Positions 13,629 to 26,462 of a stretch of DNA of 64,000 bases are shown one piece after another. The position numbers and the translations under genes were made by a program. The stretch comes from Eledone cirrhosa (Eukaryota), in assembly GCA_964016885.1 (NCBI GenBank), contig OZ024740.1, forward strand, positions 187,240,001-187,304,000, written 5' to 3'. A model generated the notes under the pieces. That model did no database searches. It was not told where the DNA came from and worked only from the letters and a program-made list of their open reading frames with translations. Position 1 is the stretch's first letter. Each line of letters starts with the position of its first letter.

Positions 13629-14401
13629 ATAATGAGTATAACCGTTGCAGCTGTGAGGAGCAGATTCACATCGATGTTTGAAGGCTGTCACAAAGCACTG
13701 AATGAGAACGTAGTCAATAAATTACTCCTCAGAGTAAACACAATAAGATAAGTAATAGTGACACAATGAATACTACAACAACGAAAGATACAGACCACTT
13801 AAAGACGAACCTTGACCTGATCGATAAATATTAGATATCAATCGATAAATATCTTCAATAGCTTTCTGGGAATCCGGAACTTACACTCCAAGTATATATA
13901 TATATGTATATATGTATGCATATGATGATGATGATGATGATGATATATATACATATATATATCATCATCATCATCGTTTAACGTCTATTTTCCACGCTAG
14001 CAGGGGTTAGACGGGAATTGTCCCACTTGAGACAAGATTGGTCGGGTGACTGTGTCTTGCTCGTATGGGACTATCTGGCAGGTTTTTTCCGGCTGGATGC
14101 CCTTCTTCACACCAACCACATATATATATATATTAATTATAACAAGCCAGATATGTAGATTTCATCTAGCTTCACCACAAATCACGCACTTCATGAATTT
14201 ACAAAAATCATATGTTGTAAATACAAAGTTGTAATTCAGAATGTACAAAATACATTAGAAAGTGGATAAACAGATTAGTGAAGGAACAAAATGAATGCTC
14301 TAAACTCTACATATATATATATATATATATATATCTTATTGTTTTGATTCTGTTAATGTCTTTCATAGAGGAATATTCCAACACCTGCCAAAAATTCAGG
14401 T

Positions 14402-14449
<48 letters not shown>

Positions 14450-14452
<3 letters not shown>

Positions 14453-15535
14453 TCATCATCATCATCACCGTTTTATGTCCGTTCTTCCACGCTAGCATGG
14501 GTTAGATGGGTTGTCCTGTTGTGGGCAGTGTCTCGTCGGCTGACCATGCCTTGCTCATACAGGAACTGATCTGGCTTGATTTCTACAGCTGGATGCCCTT
14601 CCTAACACCAACCTCATTTACAGTGAGTGCTGGGTGCTTTTTCGTGGTGCCTACAAGTCCACTTTACAGTGTGGGCTGGGTGCTTTTTTGCCGTGGCACC
14701 TCCATGACCACCTTGCAGTAGGAGGGTGTGGGGGCATATTGTCTATATGCTTCAGCTTGTACCCATGGGAGGTCGGGTACTCTGTATTACTGCGTAACGC
14801 CAGAGATCACGGTCGTGTGTCATCGCCTTTGAGAGGTGTAATAGGGTAAGGTCGGCTTTTATCACCTCATCCCAGGTCATCTTGGGTCTCCCCACTCCGC
14901 GGTTTCCATCGACTTATAGTGCTCTGCACATTTTTATGCAGCTGTCATCCTTCATACGCATCACATATCCATACCAACGCAACCGCCTCTCCTGCACACG
15001 GCATTTGATTCCTCTTATGCTCAGTCTCTCTCTCTCAATTCATTTATGCTTTGTCGTTCGCGTATATTACTATTACACTTCCATCGGAGCATGCATGCTT
15101 CGTTTCTCTCTAATCTACGTAAGTCTTCCACCTTCAGCGCCCAGGTCTCACTACCATGTAACATTGTTGTTCGGATACACGCATCATACAGTCTGCCTTT
15201 CATTTTGAGGGAGAAGCCTTTTGCAGCTAGCAGTGATAGTAGTTCCCTGAACTTCTTCCATCCCGTTCTTACCCTAGTTATTGTACTTTCTGAACACCCA
15301 ACTCCTCCGCTGCTTAATCGGTCACCTAGGTAGCAGAAGCTCTCTACTGCCTCTACAGAGCCCTCCCAGAGATTGGTGGTACTTGTTTCCTGTGGCTGTT
15401 TGCTGCTTGCCCTCCCAGTACAGCTGCTGCATGTGAAGCCTACATTCTTAATTAAGCTTCCTGAGATCCCGCTACATCTCTTGTGTACCCATTGTTTGCA
15501 TTTGGGGCAGAGAATGGAGTTCCTACCTACACCTT
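14450..15535 (-). mobile_element. RTE LINE, 5'-truncated, young subfamily
   Basis: Closely matches 20500-21550 including the 3' UTR and (GAT)n tail. Confidence 0.92.
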
Positions 15536-16159
15536 ATATATATCTATATATATATATATATATATTAAAATAACAGATTAAAGTTTAAGCAAAAATCGCT
15601 GCTTTCACCCTTAATGGGATCTTATGAAAACCTGCCACATAGAGCCCTCTTTGGATTTTAGTCTTCAATTTTATTATTATTACTATATATATATATATGC
15701 ACATACACACATATATACTGCCAAAAAGTCAGGTTACATTTTTTCTACAGATTTAAAATCTTAATATAGATAAATCCATACATTTAAATCATAGCTAACC
15801 TCAATGTTATTTGCCCTAAAATTTCCTAAAAAAAATTGAGTTTTCAAATCTCTATTGATTTTTAACTGTAGCCAAAATGCCACAGATATTTTAAGGAAGA
15901 GTCACAGCTAATTCTATCAACACCAGTTCTTATTTTATCGACCCTGGAGAATTGAAAGACATCAATATCAAAAAGATCTGAACTATATACATATATATAT
16001 ATAATGTATATATGTGTGCGTATCACATCATTTTTTAATACCTTATCTAATATCAAGGGGAAAATATTATAAGGATGATGATGAAGATATGTGACTTTCA
16101 CCATTCATGCAGATCACTCCATCAGGCCTTTTTTACCTCTACTCTTTGTTGATATATCA

Positions 16160-17170
16160 GGCTGTTGTTGGGGAGAAGTGTTATCAGAATACTACTAGTA
16201 CACTTCGCCTCACTAATGCTCAGAACAAAGAGGTCTGAAAATGCTATTATGAGGTTGTTGAATGTTGAGATTAAATGGAAAGAAAAAAAGAGTATCCCCA
16301 GTAGATTCAACAAAGGGACCAACTAACAATATTGACAGTTATAGTGTCACTGAACTGAAGCAATCAGGGAGATGAAAATGGTAAAGCTGCTGAAACATAG
16401 AGATATTTTCTGAAATCACCTGAGGAAGGGGTAGTTGAACTAATCACTTGTGTAGTCAATAAAGTAATGAATGATGATGTCATATACAATAGAAAAGATG
16501 ATGCTTTGGAAAAGAGCAACAATCAAAGTATATAATTGATGGATCAAGTTATGAAAATGGCAAAAAGAATGTTAGTTAGCCCAACTCAACTAATAAGAGA
16601 AAAAGTCAAATTAAATGAGAAGCTGTTTAGCTTTGTGCCATGAAGGAGCACCATATATACACTTTTCTTAGTGAAAGAATTAGAAAAGAAGTTCCTAACC
16701 ATGTGTTAGCCACTATATCTAACTTTTGCTGATCTAGAAAATGTCTTTGAACATTATCTGGTGAACATTAACATAACTAGATGAAGATGAGTGACTTGTG
16801 AGAGCTGTGCAATTTATGTGCAGAGGTGCTGACACTAAAGTGAGAATAGACAATGAGTTTAGTGAGGAATTCAATGTGCAGATGGATGTACATTAAAGTT
16901 AAGTCCTCAACCACCTACTGTTTATTATAATTCTTGCAGTCATAACAGTGTAGTTTAAGACTGGTGTACATGGGAACTTCTGTATGCTGATATCTGGGCT
17001 CTTTTAACTGAATCTGTGGAAGAGCTAGAGAAGAGATTTCTGTTATGGAAATAGAAATTTGACTAAAAAAGGCTCACAGTAAACCTAACAAAAACCAAAG
17101 TTTTAGTAAGTAGGAAAGAGGACAACATTCTAATTCCACCAGGAAAGCAGTTGGGCTTGGTATATAGAAA
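16160..17170 (+). mobile_element. Old, decayed RTE RT fragment
   Basis: Nucleotide similarity to 19440-20480 (e.g. TTTAAGACTGGTGTACATGGGAACTTCTGTATGCTGAT = FKTG.WELLYAD); many stops and indels. Confidence 0.75.
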
Positions 17171-17475
17171 AATAATATAAGTTGCAAACTGTTTCATTCC
17201 CGAGGAAATTCTTCACATCATGCTTTGAAAAATACCACCAGGATTGAAATGGTTTGACATCTGAAAGTATTTACTTAAATAAATAATTTATTTAGTACTT
17301 ATAAACTAACAGATTCTATTAAATGTACGTTTGTCTGTGTATGTGTGTGTGCATGTGTGCATACGTGTGAATCAATAGGATCAGTACAGGCAGTATTATT
17401 TTCATTGTCACTTGAACAAATACTGAACTCAGAGTGGGAAATGAGCAAACCATCAGCTAGAAGCATGTGTGAGTC

Positions 17476-17509
<34 letters not shown>

Positions 17510-18018
17510 CAAATACATGTGTACGCTGTGTGAGTATAAATGTAAGTGAGCTAATGAGTTTGAAACATGCACACATTTGTCATAATACAACATTGCCTTT
17601 GGACAATTCTTAGAGTTGTTCTACTTTAATGTTGAAGGAAACAAGATTACAACGAATCTGATCTTCTTTCTGCCATTGCACTCTCCATCCTGTCTCTTAA
17701 TATTGTTGTTGTGTCAGTAATATTATATAGCCATAGGGAACAAGACACTAATTGAAATGATGACTCATTTTCTCAACATTATTTAAAGTGTTCTTTTTTT
17801 ATTTATGTGCACGTGTATCTGTATATATATATATCACACATATATATTCACACATAAGAGAAGGAAGAACTTACATCATTTTACAAACCTTTTTTCATGG
17901 CTGCTTGTGTTGAACACACAAACACACACAGACACATTAATATGTGTATGTATGTATATTAATGTGTCTGTGTGTGTGAGTATGTTCAAATTACAAACTC
18001 GACTGTCACCACATATCA

Positions 18019-18057
18019 TGAACCTGAAGATTGCGAAAGCATGAAAGTACTTGTTCA
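18019..18057 (+). ncRNA. Minimal hammerhead ribozyme (type I), family H2
   Basis: TGAAC-CTGAAGA-T-TGC-GAAA-GCA-T-GAAAG-TA-CTT-GTTCA: stem I TGAAC/GTTCA, intact core, stem II closed by a GAAA tetraloop, palindromic stem III AGTACT. Confidence 0.8.
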
Positions 18058-18173
18058 ATTAACACTTAGAATTTAATATTCTATCATACTATTTCATTAT
18101 AATACCATATTATATATATTTTAAAGGATTGTAAATAAAACGACTAAATCAGACAAAGTTGGAATTCCTCTTA

Positions 18174-18211
<38 letters not shown>

Positions 18212-18279
18212 CAAAGTTTAGCAAATAGAGAAAAAGTTTTAAAATAAATTTTAAAAAGTTTACTATACTTACTATATTT

Positions 18280-18363
18280 ACCCTTACCGCGCGGTTTCAA
18301 GTCTCAAAATAAATGGACAGTCCATACGGAACACGATTGAGAAGTAGACTTTCGTCAGAGTGT
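18280..18363 (-). ncRNA. Hammerhead ribozyme motif, family H1, copy 2
   Basis: ACACT-CTGACGA-AAGTCT..AGACTT-GAAAC-CGCGCG-GTA-AGGGT. Confidence 0.75.
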
Positions 18364-18765
18364 TCTTCTCACTCGGAGAATATAAAATTCCCGAGTTCAA
18401 ATCACAAACTGGCGCCATACAGAACTGTTCCCGGATGAGAGTGTATGATAAAGAAACAATCTTGTCTATTGCCGTGTGTAAAGATAGAAGGCAAGGGTGG
18501 AAAGGTCAATGTCCTGCCACTAGAAATAGCAGCAGTTTAAATGACCAAAATGTTATCTCGACCTTAGGGGAGTTAATAATAATAAAGTATGTTTTCCTAT
18601 GTTCAAAAAATGTATATAGGGACACATGTATTATCCAACCATATGCCAATGTGGTTCTATGACAGGTTAATACATTAACGAGCCATAACATATATAATCA
18701 AGGTTTAGCAAATAGAAAAAAGTTTTTAAATAAATTTTAAAAAGTTTACTATACCTACTATAATT

Positions 18766-18850
18766 ACCCTTACCGCGCGGTTTCAAATCTCAAAAATAAA
18801 TGGATAATCCATGCGGAACACCATTGAGAAGGAGACTTTCGTCAGAGGGT
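18766..18850 (-). ncRNA. Hammerhead ribozyme motif, family H1, copy 3
   Basis: ACCCT-CTGACGA-AAGTCTC..GAGATTT-GAAAC-CGCGCG-GTA-AGGGT: perfect stem I, intact core, palindromic stem III, GUA site. Confidence 0.85.
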
Positions 18851-19176
18851 TCTTCTCACTCGGAGAATATAAAATCCCCGAGTTCAAATCACGAAAAGGG
18901 TGGGAGCGTTTGTGTGTATGTATGTATATTAATGTGTCTGTGTGCGTGTTCAACACATGCAGACATGAAAAAAGTTTTGTAAAGTGATGTAAGTTTTTTG
19001 TTCTCGTATGTGTGAATATATATGTGTGATATATGCATGTACGTATATATATATATATACACACATGTTTATGCATGTGTATGCATATATATATATATAT
19101 ATGATATACATATATATATATACATATATATATACATATGTGTATGTATATATATATATACATATATATACATACA

Positions 19177-21550
19177 GAGTAAGACCTCAAGCAGGAGGAG
19201 AGTGACTTGGTGGTGGAACAATAAGGTAGATGAAGCAGTCAAGGCCAAGAGACAGGCATGGAAAGAATGGAAGAACGGGGGGAGCAGGGTACATTACATA
19301 GAGACCAAGAGGGAAGCTAGGTGACAAGTATACTTAGCTAGGAGGGAAGCAGAGGATAGAAAATTCAAGCATGTTTTACAACGTGAGGACCAGAAACAGG
19401 AGGTATTCAAGATTGCGAGGCAGTGTGTCAGAGATAGTTGTGATGTCATTGGAGAGAAGTGTATCCGGAATGATAAAGGTGAGCTTTCCCTCACAAGTGC
19501 TGAGAAGAAAGATGCATGGAAGAGTCATTATGATAGATTACTAAATGAGGAGAATGCATGGGAAGAAGAGACCCTACCCCACGTAGACCCTATAGAGGGA
19601 CAAGCAGTACAAGTCAGCGGCAGCGTAGTAAGTAAGGCAATCAGAGATATGAAGATAGGGAAGGCAACCGGTCCATCGGGTATAGCTGCCGAGATGCTGA
19701 AGGCATCTGGGTCTGTAGGTCACACTATAACCACACGTATCGTTAACCAGGTAATACTAGAGGGGGCCATACCAAAAGATTGGTGCAGTAGCATCATTGT
19801 CAACTGCTACAAAGGTAAAGGCGATGCACTAGATAGAGGAAACTATAGAGGTATAAAGTTGATGGACCAGATCATGAAAGTAACAGAAAGAGTTATAGCA
19901 CAGCTGATTAGGGACCGGGTGAATATAGACGAGATGCAATTTGGGTTTGTACCAGGGAAAGGCACCACTGATGCCCTCTTCCTTGTGAGGCAATTACAGG
20001 AAAAGTACCTAGCTAAAAGTAAGCCACTCTACTTGGCATTTGTCGACCTTGAGAAAGCCTTTGACAGAGTTCCACGTGCAGTAATCTGGTGGGCTCTTAG
20101 AAAACTAGGAGTAGATGAATGGCTTGTGAAAGCGGTACAAGCCATGTATAGGGGAGCAGTCAGCAAAGTTAGGATTAGCAATGAGTATAGCGAGGAATTT
20201 AGCGTACAGGTTGGGGTCCACCAGGGCTCTGTTCTTAGCCCACTCCTGTTCATCATAGTCCTGCAGGCAATAACGGAGGAGTTTAAGACCGGATGCCCAT
20301 GGGAACTCCTGTATGCTGATGACCTCGCACTCATAGCTGAATCTATGGTAGAACTAGAGAATAAATTCCAAACCTGGAAGCAGGGACTAGAGAGAAAGGG
20401 CCTCAAAGTCAACATGACAAAGACTAAGGTCCTTATAAGTAGACGAGAAAACAGAACCCAGATCCCCTCAGGGAAATGGCCTTGCTCAGTATGTAGGAAA
20501 GGTGTAGGTAGGAACTCCATTCTCTGCCCCAAATGCAAACAATGGGTACACAAGAGATGTAGCGGGATCTCAGGAAGCTTAATTAAGAATGTAGGATTCA
20601 CATGCAGCAGCTGTGCTGAAACAGCAAGCAAACAGCCACAGGAAACATGTACCACCAATCTCTGGGAGGGCCCTGTAGAAACAGTAGACAGCTTCTGCTA
20701 CCTAGGTGACCGAATTAGCAACGGAGGTGGGTGCTCAGAAAGTACAATAACTAGGGTAAGAACGGGATGGAAGAAGTTTAGGGAACTACTACCACTGCTA
20801 GCTGCAAAAGGCTTCTCCCTCAGAATGAAAGGCAGACTGTATGATGCGTGTATCCGAACAGCAATGTTACATGGTAGTGAGACCTGGGCGCTGAAGGTGG
20901 AAGACTTACGTAGATTAGAGAGAAACGAAGCCTGCATGCTCCGATGGATGTGTAACAGTAATATACGTGAACGACAAAGCATAAAGGAATTGAGAGAGAA
21001 ACTGAGCATAAGAGGAATCAAATGCTGCGTGCAGGAGAGGCGGTTACGCTGGTATGGACATGTGATGCGTATGAAGGATGACAGCTGCATAAAAAGGTGC
21101 AGAGCACTAGAAGTTGATGGAAACCGCGGAGTGGGGATAAAAGCCGACCTTACCCAACTACACCTCTCAAAGTCAATGACACATGACCGTGACTTCTGGC
21201 GTCACGCAGTAATACAGGGTACCCGACCTCCCATGGGTACATGCTGAAGCATATAAACAATATGCCCCCCCCCCCCCCACCGCAAGGTGGTTGTGGAGGT
21301 GCCACGGCAAAAAAGCACCCAGCCCACACTGTAAAGTGGACGTGTAGGCGCCACGAAAAAGCACCCAGCACTCACTGTAAATGAGGTTGGTGTTAGGAAG
21401 GGCATCCAGCTGTAGAAATCAAGCCAGATCAGTTCCTGTATGAGCAAGGCATGGTCAGCCGACCAGACACTGCCCACAACAGGACAACCCGTCTAACCCA
21501 TGCTAGCGTGGAAGAACGGACGTAAAACGGTGATGATGATGATGATGATG
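19177..21550 (+). mobile_element. RTE-clade LINE, 5'-truncated
   Basis: RT-coding region, about 300-bp 3' UTR and (GAT)n tail; begins at the edge of a (TA)n tract. Confidence 0.95.
19649..21247 (+). CDS. RTE reverse transcriptase (partial ORF, 532 aa) with embedded PHD finger
   Basis: Motifs NYRGIKL, QFGF, FVDLEKAFDRV, GVHQGSVLSPLLF, LLYADD, RRLRWYGHV. An upstream stop near 19322 means the copy is defective. Confidence 0.92.
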   Translation: MKIGKATGPSGIAAEMLKASGSVGHTITTRIVNQVILEGAIPKDWCSSIIVNCYKGKGDALDRGNYRGIKLMDQIMKVTERVIAQLIRDRVNIDEMQFGFVPGKGTTDALFLVRQLQEKYLAKSKPLYLAFVDLEKAFDRVPRAVIWWALRKLGVDEWLVKAVQAMYRGAVSKVRISNEYSEEFSVQVGVHQGSVLSPLLFIIVLQAITEEFKTGCPWELLYADDLALIAESMVELENKFQTWKQGLERKGLKVNMTKTKVLISRRENRTQIPSGKWPCSVCRKGVGRNSILCPKCKQWVHKRCSGISGSLIKNVGFTCSSCAETASKQPQETCTTNLWEGPVETVDSFCYLGDRISNGGGCSESTITRVRTGWKKFRELLPLLAAKGFSLRMKGRLYDACIRTAMLHGSETWALKVEDLRRLERNEACMLRWMCNSNIRERQSIKELREKLSIRGIKCCVQERRLRWYGHVMRMKDDSCIKRCRALEVDGNRGVGIKADLTQLHLSKSMTHDRDFWRHAVIQGTRPPMGTC

Positions 21551-21561
21551 ACACATATATA

Positions 21562-24500
21562 TCATCATCATCATCTTCACCGTTTTACGTCCGTTCTTCC
21601 ACGCTAGCATGGTTTAGATGGGCTGTCCTGTTGTGGGCAGTGTCTGGTGGGCTGACCATGCCATGCTCATACAGGAACTGATTCTGGCTTGATTTCTACA
21701 GCTGGATGCTCTTCCTAACACCAACCTCATTTACAGTGAGCGCTGGGTGCTTTTATTCCATAGCGCCTACACGTCCACTTTACAGTGAGGGCTGGGTGCT
21801 TTTTTGATGTCACACCTCCACAACCACTTTGCAGTGGGAGGGTGTGGGCGCATATTGTCTATATGCTTCAGCTTCGGCTTGTACCCAAGGGAGGTCGAGT
21901 ACTCTGTATTACTGCGTGGCGCCAGAGGTCACGGTCATGTGTCATCGCCATTGAGAGGTGTAATTGGGTAAGATCGGCTTTTATCACCTCATCCCAGGTC
22001 TTCTTGGGTCTCCCCACTCTGCAGTTTCCATCGACTTCTAGTACTCTGCACCTTTTCATGCAGCTGTCATCCTTCATATGCATCACATGTCCATACCAAT
22101 GCAACCGCTTCTCCTGCAAACAGCGTTTGATTTCTCCTATGCTCAGTCTCTCTCTCAGTTTATTTATGCTTTGCCGTTCGCGTATATTACTATTACACAT
22201 CCATCTGAGCATGCAGGCTTCGTTTCTTTCTAATCTACGCAAGTCTTCCACATTCAGCTCCCAGGTCTCACTTGCATGTAACATTGCTGTTCGTATACAC
22301 GCATCGTACAGTCTGCCTTTCATTTTGAGGGAAAAGCCTTTTGCAGCTAGCATTTGCAGTAGCACCCTGAGCTTCTTCCATCCCGTTCTTACCCTAGTTA
22401 TTGTACTTTCTAAACACCCACCTCCACTGCTAATTCGGTCACCTAGGTAGCAGAAGCTGTCTACTATTTTTACAGAGCCCTCCCAGAGATTGGTGGTAAT
22501 TGTTTCTTGTGGCTGTTTGCTGCTTGCTATCCCAGCACAGCTGCTACTTGTGAAGCCTACATTCTTAATTCAGCTTCCTGAGATCCCGCTACATCTCTTG
22601 TTTACCCATTGTTTGCATTTGGGGCAGAGAATGGAGTTCCTACATACACCTTTCCTACATACTGAGCAATGCCATTTCCCTGAAGGGATCTGGGTTCTGT
22701 TTTCTCATCTATTTACAAGGACCTTCGTCTTTGTCAGGTTGACTTTGAGACCCTTTCTTTCTAGTCCCTGCTTCCAAGTTCGGATTCAGCTATAAGTGCG
22801 AGGTCATCTGCATACAGGAGTTCCAATGGGCATCCGGTCTTAAACTCCTCTGTTATTGCCTGCAGGACTATGATGAATAGGAGAGGGCTAAGAACAGAGC
22901 CCTGGTGGACACCGACCTGTACGCTATACTCATTGTTAATCCTAACTTTGCTGACTGCTCCCCTATACATGGCTTGTACAGCTTTCACAAGCCATTCATC
23001 TACTCCTAGTTTTCTAAGAGCACACCAGATTATAGTACGTGGAACTCTGTCAAAGGCTTTCTCGAGATCGACGAATGCTAGGTAGAGTGGCTTACTTTTA
23101 GCTAGGTACGTTTCCTGTAACTGCCTCACAAGGAAGAGGGCATGAGTGGTGCCTCTTCCTGGTACAAACCCAAATTGCATCTCATCTAGTTTCACCCGGT
23201 CCCTAATCAACTGTGCTGTAACTCTTTCTGTTACATTCATGATCTGGTCCATCAGCTTCAGACCTCTATAGTTTCCTCTATCTAGTGCATCACCTTTACC
23301 TTTGTAGCAGTTGATAATGATGCTACTGCACCAATCTTTTGGTATGACACCTTCTAGTATTACCTGGTTAACAATATGTATGGTTATAGTGTGACCTACC
23401 GACAGAGAGGCCTTCAGCATCTTGGCAGCTATGCCTGATGGACCGGTTGCCTTCTCCATCTTCATATCTTTGATTGCCTTACTTACTACGCTGCTGCTGA
23501 TTTGTACTGCTGGCCCCTCTATAGGGTCTACTTGGGGTAAGGTTTCTTCTTCCCATGCATTCTCCTCATTTAGTAATCTATTATAATGGCTCTTCCATGC
23601 ATCTTTCTTCTCAGCACTTGTGAGGGCAAGCTTACCTTTATAATTCCGGATACACTTCTCTCCAATGACATCACAATTCTCTCTGACACACTGCCTCGCA
23701 ATCTTGAACACCTCCTGTTGCAAAACATGCTTGAATTTTCTATCCTCAGCTCCCCTTCTAGCTAAGTATACTTGTTGCCTAGCTTCCCTCCTGGTCTCTA
23801 TGTAATGTACCCTGCTTCCCCCGTTCTTCCATTCTTTCTATGCCTGTCTCTTGGCCTTAACTGCCTCATCTACCTTATTCTTCCACCACCAAGTCACTCT
23901 CCTCCTGCCCGTGGTCTTACTCCAGCCACAGATCTCATCCGTCGCCTCTAGTAAGTTATTTTTTAGGAAGTCCCAGTGCTCTTCTACATTGAATGTCTCT
24001 CTATGTTCTTCTTCACTGTTATAGACGTTGAGTAAAATATCTTTAAATTTGTTACTGGCTGAGGGGTCTTTCAGCTTCCAGATCTTTCTTCTCCAGGTTG
24101 GCCTCTGTTTCCAAGTTCATCTAGTTCTGACCGTGAGGTCGCTGACAACTAAGCTATGTTGGGAAGTACATTCCTCACTAGGGAAGGCTTGTGTGTTTAC
24201 AACCATCCATCTGTCATGTCCTCTGATGAGGATAAAATCTATCTGAGTAGAATGCTATCCTGATCTATAGGTGATCAGGTGCTTGTCGGGTGTTTTTAAG
24301 TTTGTGTTACATATCGACATGTCATTGGTGTCGCAGAATTCTAGAAGCCTGAATCCTTCTTCATTTCTTGTGCCAACCCCATTGCCTCCATGGACTCTAT
24401 TGAAGCGGTCACAGTGTTTACTACGTGTCCGTTAAAATCTCCTGCAATGATTAGGAAGTCATTGTCGTTTGTTAAAGCAGTAGTGTGCATTAGTGACTCG

Positions 24501-24639
24501 TAAAACCTATCCTTAAGTTCGTCTGGCAACCCTGATATTATTCGTCTGGCAAAGCTGATATTATTGTGGTAATTGTTTTATTCAGGACTAGACTGAATTT
24601 AATGATTCTTGCATTCACCCTGTTCACTGAGATTACTGA
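21562..24639 (-). mobile_element. RTE-clade LINE, 5'-truncated, frameshifted; includes part of the APE endonuclease
   Basis: ORF pieces 24341-24529 (IIAGDFNGHV), 22761-23723 (RT, LLYADD) and 21868-22365; (GAT)n tail at 21562. Confidence 0.95.
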
Positions 24640-24929
24640 GGGGGATATGCTGAGGTTTGATTGGTCGAATAGGCTATGGTGGTGTGAGGGAAATTGTGAG
24701 TTAGGTAGCCATCATGGGCTGTAGCATCTCATGGCAAAATAAACCAAACAGAAAGATGACTTTGAAGAGACAGCTAAATGAAAAATAGAACAACACTAAT
24801 AATAGTGTAAGAGAGAGGAAGAGAGTAGATGACTTCGTAGAGAGGCAGCATGAGAAAGAAAATGAGGGTAAAAATAAATGTGTTGTGATAAATACAGCAA
24901 TAATTGTGTGAGCGGAACATTTGCAATTA

Positions 24930-24963
<34 letters not shown>

Positions 24964-25039
24964 TATATACATATATACACATATATATATATATACATAT
25001 ATACACATATATATATACATATATACACATATATATACA

Positions 25040-25090
<51 letters not shown>

Positions 25091-25981
25091 ATGGCTGCCC
25101 CCTCGTTATCGAGTATGGCCATTGCACGAGGAGAAAAAAAAAAAAAATTAAATAAATTAAAAAAAAATAAATAAAAATAAAATATATATATATATATATA
25201 TATATGCCAATTAACACTTTCTCTCTACTGACCTCTTCCTCGCACTTCCACTCACTCACTCACTATTTCTCCCCTTCTCACTTCCCCCCGTTCACTGCGA
25301 AAACGATTTTCCTTCTTTCTTGCATCGGATTCATCGCGAAAGGTCTATTTCTTACTCGCTCATATATTCACCCAGCTTATACTGATAGAATAACTATGTA
25401 GCTTGTGTTTCTTCCTATCTTCGGTTAGCTTTCCCCTGTGTTTTTTACTTGTCTCACTCGATTTACGCGTTTTAATTGTCCTAATAACTTATTTTAGTTA
25501 TTATTGCACTAACGTGAGGTATATGATTTTTAATGCATTGAAATACCAGTGACCGTTGGCAAATCACTGATGAGGGACTCATTTTATAACATGTTATCCA
25601 TGTGCAACCATGCAGTATTCTTCTCCCCATATTTTATATATATATATATATACACATATACACATACATATATACACACACACATATATACACACAAACA
25701 TACATTAATAACAATAATAATAATAATAATAACAACAATAATAATATACATATACATATACACATACACGCGCACACATAAACAAATCTATACACACACA
25801 CACACACACGATAGCAACTAACAGCGCTACAATCGAATGTGGCTTTTTAGCCCAGCCAATGATCTAAAATGTCTTGCACAGAGTCGGCAACCAAAACATT
25901 CACAGGGAATAGTCTGCTGTGGTTGGAGTACGTGTACTTTTGAATGTCGCAAATATATATATATACCATATATATATATAT

Positions 25982-26428
25982 ATACCATTTATAATGACAC
26001 ACAACCCATGTCACCAGAATATCTGCAACACTGCCAAAGCAAACCTACCGATCATTACTCAAAGTAATGGATTAAAAGGTTTAATCACAGACCGATCTTT
26101 GACTCTTAGTAAAAGACAGCCGAAAAATTTGAAGCAATTACTAACAAAGGCAAAGTTTGACCTTAACAACAAAGACCAATCATTCACTGTATCTAAATGC
26201 AATGATAGTCGATGTGGCACATGTCAATCCATACACACTGATCAATATATGAACACAAAAACTGGAAAGATATTCCCAAATGCAAATATGAACTGCAAAA
26301 GCAGAAATCTAATTTACTGCATTAAATGCCCGAATTGTGAAGAACTATATATCGGTCAAGCTGGAAATGCACTATCGGAACGTGCACGGGTGCACCGAAA
26401 ACAAATCAGAGACCCAAATGTCCATCAG
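25982..26428 (+). mobile_element. Penelope-like element fragment (Neptune-like linker + GIY-YIG start)
   Basis: KRQPKNLKQLLTKAK, CNDSRCGTC zinc motif, NCKSRNLIYCIKCPNCEELYIGQ...RARVH. (TA)n on both sides. Confidence 0.85.
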
Positions 26429-26462
26429 ATACATATACATATATATAAATATATATATATAT

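Noticed and set aside
20029-21090. Antisense ORFs over RTE and CR1 coding regions
   Set aside because: Shadow frames of RT coding sequence.
25565-25610. CTGATGAGGGA hammerhead half-core; also CATGAAGA near 237
   Set aside because: No GAAA or stem III partner; at most decayed remnants.
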